IMG/VR virus record: IMGVR_UViG_3300035698_029580
Length of the DNA: 64,000 nt
DNA from: a virus
Lineage: Duplodnaviria; Caudoviricetes
Direction: 5' to 3' (one strand)
Shown here one piece after another: positions 30,694 to 39,454 of this stretch. Below the pieces are notes generated by a model, which saw only the letters and a list, made by a program, of their open reading frames with translations, was not told the origin of the DNA and did no database searches. The position numbers and the translations under genes were made by a program. Each line of letters begins with the position of its first letter. Position 1 is the first letter of the stretch.

Positions 30694-31191
30694 ATGATAA
30701 AAAATGATATTAGCACTATGGAAATGAAAAAATTTGTGATGATGGATTTTATCTATAATGCAAAAGAAATGAAAGAATTTGTAAATACCTTACCCTCAAT
30801 AGTTACTCTTTATAGCCACGTTATATGTATGAATTCTAATTCTCCTCATACAATATCATTCTGTCCTTTTAATTGGAATAATGAACTTATTTCAGATAAA
30901 TCTTATTCTCATATTTATGCGTTTTTTCTTAATAAAAATGATGCTGAAATATATAGAAATTATTATTCAGATATTACATCAGATTTAAAATGTAACTACA
31001 CTACAAAACAAATGTATCCTAAATTTAAAATTTTTCGTCATTATAGAGAAAATCTGCCAATTAAAGAATTCTCCAGTCCAAAACAAAATATTACTACCGC
31101 GGGAAATATTGTTCTTAAATATTGGGGATATCATTCTTCTCTTACTTCTATACTCTCTAATTCTTTTACCTTAAAAAATACTAAGGAATAA
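30694..31191 (+). CDS. hypothetical protein
   Basis: ORF in operon. Confidence 0.6.
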   Translation: MIKNDISTMEMKKFVMMDFIYNAKEMKEFVNTLPSIVTLYSHVICMNSNSPHTISFCPFNWNNELISDKSYSHIYAFFLNKNDAEIYRNYYSDITSDLKCNYTTKQMYPKFKIFRHYRENLPIKEFSSPKQNITTAGNIVLKYWGYHSSLTSILSNSFTLKNTKE

Positions 31192-31193
31192 TT

Positions 31194-32096
31194 ATGATTT
31201 GCTTCTATCATTCTGCTGACTTAGATGGAAAATGCTCTGCTGCTATTGTTAAATATGTATATCCCAGTTGTGAACTTTATCCCTGGGACTATGGAGATCC
31301 ATTACCAGAAATAGAATACTTTAACCATGATAAAGTGTTTATTATAGATATCTTCTTCCCTCCTGAAAAAATGAAGTGGATTGAAGAAAATGTGAAATGT
31401 CCCATCTGGATAGATCATCATGTATCGTCTATTAATACCGCTGAAAAACATAATCTCAATTTTCGACAGTGCAACGGTATTCAAAAAGTGGGAAAAGCTG
31501 CCTGCGAACTTACCTGGGAATTCCTCTCGAGATATGATATCCTTAAACCTAATAATGTCCCAATAGCAGTTACTCTTCTAGGAAGATATGATGTCTGGGA
31601 TCTAGATTATAATTTATCTGTTCTCCCCTTTCAATATGGGATGAGAGTAGAAAAAACAGATCCCCAGTCCCTTCTTTGGAAAACTTTATTTGAAAATCCT
31701 GAAAGTCCAGGATCACATACAATAGATAAACTAGAAACCATTGAAGAAAAGGGAGAAATTATTATAGAATATGAAAAATTCCAGGCAGAAGAATATCTTA
31801 ATTCCTATTCCTTTACCACCAAAATTAAAGATTATAATGCCCTATCTGTTAATAGAGGAAAAGTAAATTCTCTCTTCTTTAATTCACATTTTAATCCCGA
31901 AATCCATGATCTAATGTGCTCCTTTGTTATGTCTTCTAATCAAAATTGGTATGTTTCTTTCTATACTACTAAAGATAATGTGGATTGCTCCAAATTAGCT
32001 CAAGAATTCGGAGGGGGAGGTCATAAACAAGCAGCAGGTTACTCAGGTCCAAACCTTCCCTTTACCCTCCCTTCTCCTGGCTTCCTAGAAGATTAA
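31194..32096 (+). CDS. DHH/DHHA1 family phosphoesterase
   Basis: YHSADLDG..SA, WIDHH, GGGGHKQAAG. Confidence 0.92.
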   Translation: MICFYHSADLDGKCSAAIVKYVYPSCELYPWDYGDPLPEIEYFNHDKVFIIDIFFPPEKMKWIEENVKCPIWIDHHVSSINTAEKHNLNFRQCNGIQKVGKAACELTWEFLSRYDILKPNNVPIAVTLLGRYDVWDLDYNLSVLPFQYGMRVEKTDPQSLLWKTLFENPESPGSHTIDKLETIEEKGEIIIEYEKFQAEEYLNSYSFTTKIKDYNALSVNRGKVNSLFFNSHFNPEIHDLMCSFVMSSNQNWYVSFYTTKDNVDCSKLAQEFGGGGHKQAAGYSGPNLPFTLPSPGFLED

Positions 32097-32150
32097 TTTT
32101 TCGAGAAAAATAATGTTTAATTGTGAATAATAACTCTATAAGGTGAAATT

Positions 32151-32459
32151 ATGATTATTACTACTGTAAAAGAAGAAAAAATATGCGACCTCTGTAGAAA
32201 AGAGGATGAACAAATAAAATCTAAATATCAATGCCAAATATGTAAAAAAGATGTTTGCTCCTATCATACTAAATCTTTTACCTTCTCCAAACCCACTGTA
32301 AAAAAACAAATTAATCAAGATTATTCATGGGAAAATCAAAAATATATTATCTCCTGTGTTGATTGCTATAAAATTATAATGGAAAAATTTGATATATTAG
32401 AAAAAAAATTAGAACAATTCTATGAAAAAGAATGTCTACCTCTACTTCCAAAGGATTAA
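32151..32459 (+). CDS. B-box-like zinc finger paralog 1
   Basis: CDLC..CQICKKDVCSYH..CVDC + C-terminal helix. Confidence 0.75.
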   Translation: MIITTVKEEKICDLCRKEDEQIKSKYQCQICKKDVCSYHTKSFTFSKPTVKKQINQDYSWENQKYIISCVDCYKIIMEKFDILEKKLEQFYEKECLPLLPKD

Positions 32460-32559
32460 CTAATGACAGTTGTTAATATAGAAGTGAAATAAAAAATGTA
32501 CGAAAATAAGATAAATGAATTGTTCAATAAAAAATAATGTTCAAAGGGAGGATTAAATA

Positions 32560-33408
32560 ATGAAATGTAAAGCCTTTACTCTAGTAGAACTGTTAGTAGT
32601 TATTGCTATTATGGCTGTTCTTATGAGTATCCTAATGCCCGCCCTATCACAAGCTAAATATCAAGCCATGAGAACACAATGCCTTGCCAATGTTAAAGCT
32701 CAACATATGGCACAATATATGTATGCAACAGATTTTGAAGGAAAATTTGCCCCACATCCAGGTCCGGCTCCCTCATATGTCAGAGCCTATGGTAATAAAA
32801 AAAATAATTGTATATATGGACTATTTAAAGATTCAGTACATATGGAACAATCACAAATCCTCTGGTGCCCCATCCTAGCATCAAGATTGTCCTGGTTCAT
32901 AGGTACAGGTTGGGATAAAAGCCCTTTAACTTGTTTCCGTGAACTGGAAATGATAAATGAAATAAGCGACTCGTATGCTAATTGGAACTATGAACAAGAT
33001 CCAGATTTTAACCCCTCTCAAGATTATGACTATGAAACAGGACAAGGAAAATATGGATATGTGAGTATGTCATATCTCTGGTTCTCTAATTTTCAAAATG
33101 TTAATAATCCCAGCTGGTTCAAATTTGATTATAATGGAAGTCCAGTTAATACTACTCCCTGGCCTAAAAATCTCAGAGAAGCTAGAGAAGATTCTGCTAT
33201 GATTTCTCATTCTGTTACTCTTAATCCAACTATTATTGCTGATTATTCCCATAAAGGGGCTGGTTTCTCTTATGATATTCTGTCATTTGAAGATTATTCC
33301 GAAACAGCAGATACTCCCGTAGGCTATGGCGATGGACATACCGAAATGATACCTAGACCTGATGTTCTGCCAAGAGTAAATATCAATAATACTATCTATT
33401 TCTATTAA
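32560..33408 (+). CDS. prepilin-type N-terminal cleavage/methylation protein (DUF1559/H-X9-DG-like)
   Basis: KAFTLVELLVVIAIMAVLMSILMPALSQAK..A....C..N, MYA.D, WCP, GYGDGH. Confidence 0.9.
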   Translation: MKCKAFTLVELLVVIAIMAVLMSILMPALSQAKYQAMRTQCLANVKAQHMAQYMYATDFEGKFAPHPGPAPSYVRAYGNKKNNCIYGLFKDSVHMEQSQILWCPILASRLSWFIGTGWDKSPLTCFRELEMINEISDSYANWNYEQDPDFNPSQDYDYETGQGKYGYVSMSYLWFSNFQNVNNPSWFKFDYNGSPVNTTPWPKNLREAREDSAMISHSVTLNPTIIADYSHKGAGFSYDILSFEDYSETADTPVGYGDGHTEMIPRPDVLPRVNINNTIYFY

Positions 33409-33533
33409 AATTCTTAATATTTTTTCCCGCGAAAATAATTAAATTCAAAAAATTTCCTATCAAAGTGAAAACTTTTCCACTATAAAGGAAATTAATTATG
33501 ATTAAATCAACTTCCGAATAAGGAGTAATTAAA

Positions 33534-33863
33534 ATGTCAAATACTAAAAAATGTGATTTCTGCGAAAAAGAAGCAATACATAAATGCGATATCTGTAAAA
33601 AAAATGTCTGCGAAAAACATATTAGTGAAAATCCCTATTATACTCATCCTACTCTTATCTGTAATTATTATAGCATACTATATAGACAAGAATCCACTAT
33701 AGCAGTTTGCTCAAAATGCGAAAAAGAAAATAAAGAATTAAAAAATGTACTAAAAGAAGAAAAAAAAATCCACCAAAGATATATTTCTACAATAAATGGT
33801 ATAATGAAAGTAATTAATAAAGAAACTCAACCTCTATGGAAAAAACTACTCAATAAGGAGTAA
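33534..33863 (+). CDS. B-box-like zinc finger paralog 2
   Basis: CDFC..CDICKKNVCEKH..CSKC. Confidence 0.75.
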   Translation: MSNTKKCDFCEKEAIHKCDICKKNVCEKHISENPYYTHPTLICNYYSILYRQESTIAVCSKCEKENKELKNVLKEEKKIHQRYISTINGIMKVINKETQPLWKKLLNKE

Positions 33864-33866
33864 TCA

Positions 33867-34244
33867 ATGTCCACCATTAAAGTAAATAAAATAATCTGCG
33901 ATTTCTGCCCTAAAAATAGCAAAACTCAGGCAGACGATAGGTGTTATGTCTGCGGTAATGATATGTGCCATAAACATAAACATTTTGTTAAATATTATTT
34001 TAATATGTATTGCGAACCATATATTATAATACATCAAAATAATGATTCATTTACTATTTGTCCCTCCTGCCACGAAAAAATGATAAAATATGATAATAAA
34101 TTAGACAAAAAAAGAAATAAAGTATTAGAAAAATATAAATCCCAATTATTAGAAATTATATACAAAATGAGTGAAGAAGTACAAAAAGAAAAAAATGAAT
34201 TGTGGGAATTATGTAAAAATCAAAAAAAGGTAAATAAACAATGA
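33867..34244 (+). CDS. B-box-like zinc finger paralog 3
   Basis: CDFC..CYVCGNDMCHKH..CPSC. Confidence 0.75.
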   Translation: MSTIKVNKIICDFCPKNSKTQADDRCYVCGNDMCHKHKHFVKYYFNMYCEPYIIIHQNNDSFTICPSCHEKMIKYDNKLDKKRNKVLEKYKSQLLEIIYKMSEEVQKEKNELWELCKNQKKVNKQ

Positions 34245-34603
34245 CAACTATCTATAATCAAAAAAAATTGTGCGATATATGCCTAAATGAGGAAAAAGAA
34301 GTAATAGCAGATTCATCCTGCCATTTCTGTAATAATGATATCTGCGAAAAACATAATAAATCCTTCTCTACTCATAATCCATTCCTAATTAAATTCTATG
34401 AAATATCCTATAAAAGAAAACGTGTCTTCTGTCTATGTCCTAATTGCTTCAACCTCTTCAAAGAAAAAATTAATGATGTTATAATGAAAGAATTTAACCT
34501 TAAACAAAAATATATCTCTAAAATGGGAAATGACTTCAAAGAACTAAAAAATGAAACCGATGAACTATGGGAAAATCTATTAGAAAAACTCGATATTTTA
34601 TAA
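34241..34603 (+). CDS. B-box-like zinc finger paralog 4
   Basis: CDIC..CHFCNNDICEKH..CPNC. Confidence 0.75.
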   Translation: MTTIYNQKKLCDICLNEEKEVIADSSCHFCNNDICEKHNKSFSTHNPFLIKFYEISYKRKRVFCLCPNCFNLFKEKINDVIMKEFNLKQKYISKMGNDFKELKNETDELWENLLEKLDIL

Positions 34604-34653
34604 CTTAATTTTTTCCGCGAAAATTAATAAAAATCCCCTAAAAGGATTAACCA

Positions 34654-35040
34654 ATGGCAATTGTTAAAGTAGATCAAACCATCTGCGATATCTGTAACGA
34701 AACAGGAACGAAAATAGGAATGAAAAATGCAGCAAGTGGAATATGCTGCGTCTGTAAAAAAGATATCTGCTATCACCATACATCTAAACATCTCCTCTAC
34801 TCCAATTTTATCCAATGCGAAAATTATAAAGTGATACGTAATATAATGAGATTGCCAATCCTCTGCGAAAATTGCTATGAACTCCTAATTGATAAAAAAT
34901 TGTATAAAATAAAAGAAAAAGAAGAACAAATATATGAAAAATATGAAAAACAACTAAATGAAATACTTAATCAAATCCATCAAGAATCTGAAGAAGTATG
35001 GGAAATACTATTGGAAAATCTTAATAATCCCATAACTTAA
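34654..35040 (+). CDS. B-box-like zinc finger paralog 5
   Basis: CDIC..CCVCKKDICYHH..CENC. Confidence 0.75.
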   Translation: MAIVKVDQTICDICNETGTKIGMKNAASGICCVCKKDICYHHTSKHLLYSNFIQCENYKVIRNIMRLPILCENCYELLIDKKLYKIKEKEEQIYEKYEKQLNEILNQIHQESEEVWEILLENLNNPIT

Positions 35041-35167
35041 TATTTTTTTCGCGGAAAATTAAAGAATTCCTTAAAATAATAAATCCCCCTTATTAATAAA
35101 TAAATAAAGATTTTTAATCATTTAATTATATAAGTACATATATAAATAAATAAAGAAAGAATATAAT

Positions 35168-35593
35168 ATGTCAACTAAAATGATAAAACAAACCTTCTGC
35201 GATATCTGTAGTGAATTAGATATAAAACAATTAGCAAATAATAAATGCTCCATCTGTAAAAAAGATGTCTGCGATGATCATCTAAATCATAAAATTATAA
35301 ATCCAGTAAATCATAAAATTATAAATCCAGTAGTAAGAAATAGTATGCTATCTACTCATAATCCAGTTTTGTGCGATATATATAATGTAACCTGTATTAA
35401 TTCAATAAAACTATCCGTCTGCTCCAATTGCTCAAAAAATAGTGCCAATAATATAATCTATGAAGCACAATATAAAGAAATTCAAATACATATACATAAA
35501 AAATATATGACAAAACTAAATGAAATACTTAATTAACTATATCAAGAAGTTGAAAGAGTATGGGATAATCTGTTAAATTTAAATGATATTTAA
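35168..35593 (+). pseudogene. B-box-like zinc finger paralog 6 with premature TAA at 35534-35536
   Basis: Frame continues LYQEVERVWDNLL, matching paralog 5 (QIHQESEEVWEILL). Confidence 0.65.
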
Positions 35594-35640
35594 AAAATAA
35601 TCGTAATAACTATATAAGTACCTATTTAATAATATAACAT

Positions 35641-35701
35641 GCCCACCACTCCTCTTACTTGTCCCCTCCAGTAATGAGTACCTTTGGTGGGCCTTTTTTT
35701 T
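35641..35701 (+). terminator. terminator closing the zinc-finger operon
   Basis: GCCCACCA/TGGTGGGC stem + T run. Confidence 0.7.
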
Positions 35702-36113
35702 ATCTCCTTCATCATAATTATACTTCTCATTACTATTCAATAAATCTATATATCATAATAAATCTATATAAATCCTTCCATTTTATATCTCATTATGATA
35801 TCATGGTTGTACCATTTATGCCTTTATTCATTAATAATACACTTCACCCCACTTTCTACCACTTCCCTCCCCTTTGTCCCATTTTAAAGAATTTTAATAA
35901 TTATTTATTATTATTAAGCAAATAACCGTCAAATAAGAAATACCCCCTTATGTAACTAAAATAATACTTTTTGTCCATTTAATCACTATTAAGCAAATAA
36001 TAGTCAAATGAACCTGTAAGGATTACTTAATAGTTCATTTGAGAATAAGTAAATATATGTAATCTTATTTATGTATAACACTGAAATACTGAAACTGTAG
36101 AGTATTAATTTAA

Positions 36114-36242
36114 TGGAGTATCATTTAATTGAGTTTAGTGAACTTAAGTGGAGTATCAACTCAAAGTATGTGGAGTATCATTTAATTGAGTTTAGTGAAC
36201 TTAAGTGGACTTTAGTGGAGTAGTGGACTTTAGTGGAGTATC
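36114..36242. repeat. iteron-like repeats (39-bp direct repeat 36114-36152 / 36171-36209; five TGGAGTA)
   Basis: Exact duplication plus GTGGACTTTAGTGGAGTA x2 in a long non-coding region. Confidence 0.8.
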
Positions 36243-36801
36243 GGCAAACCTTTGTTCATTTATCTTTTTATTCATTAAAAATTTTTTATTTATTATATTT
36301 AAAACGTCTCACAATGCCCCAGGATCAATTTTATATTAGAAAGGTATCAACCTGCCTATTTGTCCTATATATTTAAACATAACAATAATACAGCACCAAA
36401 TTTACTAATCTAATTGGGTACTGGAACAGGGAATAATGAATTATAAATTAGCATTGATTTCTATAACACTGATTTTCATAACACTGATTTAAGGCACTGA
36501 CCTATAAAATAATTAAATATTAAAAAATTTTTATTTAAAAAGAAGGATTATTGAAAAATTATTACTAATTTTCTAAATAGAAAATTAGTAAAAAGGAAAT
36601 CACCTTTTAATTTTCTTATAAATTGTAATTAATTAATATTGGATAATTTTGAAATAAACTGAAAAAAATGTAAAAAAAGGGTTGCACTGTAATGAATATA
36701 TGATATAGTAGGGTTGTTGGGAGTGGTATTCCCTCTGAGTCGCCGTAATTCTGTTTCTATGGCAGGAGAAGAGTTATCAGGAATACTAAATAGTCATTTT
36801 A

Positions 36802-36940
36802 TTTTCCAGCAAGAATTTCTTTTTATTTAGCACTGAATGCTGGAAAATTAAATTGATATAATTTTTCCAGCATTATTTTATTATTTGAGAATTTTAATGC
36901 TGGAAAATAAAAGTTTGATAATTTTTCCAGCATTAAAATT
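36802..36940. repeat. cluster of five TTTTCCAGCA motifs in alternating orientation, ~60-bp period
   Basis: + at 36802, 36863, 36923; - at 36838, 36898; 18-bp perfect inverted arms. Confidence 0.85.
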
Positions 36941-37380
36941 TTAAGGATAATTAGAATGAGTGAAAACTCTCGTATAGGTTTGTGGTGTTTGGCTGGTATT
37001 TTTGGTGAAATATTTTTATTATTTAGTGTGATATTTTGTTTTGGAAAGATGGGCACTTCGGACAGCCCTGGTTTTTGGTTTATTTTATATCTTATCATAT
37101 TTTTCATAGGTATGGTTCCTGTGTATGGGATTTGCATGGGCTGTTTAAGTGAGTGAATTAAATAGATAATTTTTCCAGCAAAGAGCAAGGAAGCTTTTCT
37201 TTTGATGATTATATTTTGTTTGCACTGATCCTCTTTTTTTGGGTGAATTTTCAATTAAAAATTTTTGAGGGACATTTCTGTAAACAATTTTTAGTGGGAA
37301 AAAGAATTAAAAGTGAAAATTTGATGTTATATTAAGAACATGTTTTTCAAATTTTTGTATCATTTTTAGGAGATGAACTA

Positions 37381-38001
37381 ATGACGGAGAAGAAAGAAAG
37401 TTATGAGTCTATCAAAAAAATTACTGAAAGACCCATTAAAGACAGAGTTGAAGTAAGAAATAAGAAAGGAAATTTACAAGTTCCTCGGCGTCATCATTTA
37501 ACAAAAGAAGAGTTAGACAAGATTATTGAGCAGAAGAAAACATTAAGTCCGATAGGTGGAGATGTGTTCATAAATCCTTATACTAGGAAAGGAATTTGCA
37601 GATTTACTGTAGATGCATTACATGAGTTAGGATTGAATGAATGGCATAATTTTATTGTAGTCAGGGATAAAATTGAAGAAACAATGTCTAAGGTAGATGA
37701 TCCTAAGGGTAATAATTTATGGGAAAAATTTGTAAATAGGAAACCTCGGTCATCAACTGGCAAAGATTATAATGGCAGGTTATTGGCTACTTTTAAGACT
37801 TTACAAAGGCTCAACAGTGATAATCCTTATGGATATAAATTGAGTCAGGTATGTGCATGCATTGACATTAGGGCTGATAATGGTACTTTTCAATATCGTT
37901 TAAACACAAAATTTGACAGTAGAGAAGAGGTTTTTCCCATAACTTTACCGAAAGGAAAAAGAGGCAGGAAACCCAAAAATCAAATTTCTGATACTAAATA
38001 G
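37381..38001 (+). CDS. basic hypothetical protein with AT-hook-like KRGRKPK tail
   Basis: AGGAG RBS; first large gene after non-coding region. Confidence 0.7.
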   Translation: MTEKKESYESIKKITERPIKDRVEVRNKKGNLQVPRRHHLTKEELDKIIEQKKTLSPIGGDVFINPYTRKGICRFTVDALHELGLNEWHNFIVVRDKIEETMSKVDDPKGNNLWEKFVNRKPRSSTGKDYNGRLLATFKTLQRLNSDNPYGYKLSQVCACIDIRADNGTFQYRLNTKFDSREEVFPITLPKGKRGRKPKNQISDTK

Positions 38002-38110
38002 CATTAGATTGGGTTGATTTTATGTAAGTAATGATTTTGCAAAGGTTTATGAGTAAATATTATTAGATTACAACAAATAAATTAGTAAATAACAGGGTTT
38101 TTTGTCATTT

Positions 38111-38149
38111 GAGCAGGCAGGATATTTGTGTTCCTGTCTGTTCTTTTTT
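38111..38149 (+). terminator. rho-independent terminator
   Basis: GAGCAGGCAGGA/TCCTGTCTGTTC + T run. Confidence 0.75.
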
Positions 38150-38222
38150 ATTTTCCAGCATTATAAGGGATAAGAGAATAGAGTGTGAGAAAAGTAGATT
38201 TTCAAATTGAGAGGCAATAATT

Positions 38223-38516
38223 ATGTTTTTGAAAGAAGTTGTTAACATTGATGAGGCAGTTGATTATTTGAATGAATTATTCAGAATTGATACTATAGCA
38301 ATAAGACATTTAGTTAATAATAGGATATTATGCAACACTGAATTAGCAAATCATCCTACATGTCAAGTTTGTAGATCTGCGATTGATGGTAGAGATAGGG
38401 TGGGTATTTTGGGAGTAATTAATGGCATGTTTGGGACATCACAAAATGGGAGGGGTACCATATGTGCTAATTTTGATGAGACGGGAGAATTACAGGGATT
38501 TTCACGTTTGGGATAA
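38223..38516 (+). CDS. hypothetical phage protein
   Basis: R..CN..LA.HPT.QV..VG.LG.ING.FG pattern. Confidence 0.75.
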   Translation: MFLKEVVNIDEAVDYLNELFRIDTIAIRHLVNNRILCNTELANHPTCQVCRSAIDGRDRVGILGVINGMFGTSQNGRGTICANFDETGELQGFSRLG

Positions 38517-38623
38517 TTTTAGCACCGCGAAAAATTTTCCAGCAAAATATGGATTTTTCTATATAAGTGTGGTAAATTGAAAAAATGTTATTATTTTTTG
38601 GAAAAAATTATTAGGAGTCAGAC

Positions 38624-39349
38624 ATGGTTTCAGCAGTAGCATTAGATAGGATTATTAGTAATTTGTCAATTTTTGATGTCTCACAGAGCAAAATGAGATT
38701 AATTAATGATAAATTTCGTCAATCACGGTCGAAGAAAGCTATTCGTATTCGTGAATGGATTAACCAATATCTTCAAAATGGTATTTGGACTAACATAGAA
38801 TTGAAGAAAAAATATCCTGCTGTTTCTATTGTACATCTAGCGGCTGATGAACATGGTGGAATTGATGATGCTTATGTTTCCCAAATAGATTGGATTTCTA
38901 TTGCAGATGCTCAATCTGCTCCCTATTTTGTATTACCATCGGCCAATTGTGGGATAGGCTTGGTTTCTGCAGTATCCTCGACTGAATATAGAGGGAAATT
39001 TAAGGGATGGACATCTTCGTGTACCGAATATTTTTTGGTTGGTAGAAATGAAGCAGGAACATTTTTTGCCCATAGAGTAACACAATCCAATAGTGTGGAG
39101 GAGGCAATTAATTGGATTTGGGGAGGACGATCTAAGCAGATTGTTCGAAGACAGGGGGATATTGCAATTATTAAGGGATCTGGACCAAAGGGATTAGATA
39201 AATTACCTTTTGGGCATAATGTACAAGGCAATTATATTGTACATGATACTCATCCTCCAATTGCAATTCCTGGGAAGGGGGAAAGAATTATTATAGGTCG
39301 TAGGGCTGCTCAAAAGGGTCATGGAACATTTAGTCAAACAAGGGACTAA
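38624..39349 (+). CDS. hypothetical protein flanked by 32-bp direct repeats
   Basis: RQGD motif; repeats at 38513-38544 and 39365-39396. Confidence 0.75.
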   Translation: MVSAVALDRIISNLSIFDVSQSKMRLINDKFRQSRSKKAIRIREWINQYLQNGIWTNIELKKKYPAVSIVHLAADEHGGIDDAYVSQIDWISIADAQSAPYFVLPSANCGIGLVSAVSSTEYRGKFKGWTSSCTEYFLVGRNEAGTFFAHRVTQSNSVEEAINWIWGGRSKQIVRRQGDIAIIKGSGPKGLDKLPFGHNVQGNYIVHDTHPPIAIPGKGERIIIGRRAAQKGHGTFSQTRD

Positions 39350-39454
39350 GATAACAAATTTTAAATAATTTTAGCACCGCGAAAAATTTTCCAGCATTAA
39401 AATAAGTAATATATAGTAGTAGTTAAAATATTTCATTGAAAGTGAGGTAATAAG

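Noticed and set aside
20530-35593. Genome-wide stop-codon reassignment
   Set aside because: Only two isolated in-frame stops of different types (TGA, TAA); all three stops end normal genes and coding density is high under code 11
32151-35593. Diversity-generating retroelement targets
   Set aside because: No reverse transcriptase and no near-identical TR/VR pair with adenine-specific differences
35659-35925. 88-aa ORF
   Set aside because: Starts at TTG inside a terminator hairpin, low complexity, no RBS
36114-36242. CRISPR array to pair with cas6
   Set aside because: Only two long repeats with an 18-nt gap plus nested short repeats; no regular repeat-spacer period
36823-37254. 143-aa minus-strand ORF with repeated MLEK/FPA
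   Set aside because: The repeats are translations of the TTTTCCAGCA motif array
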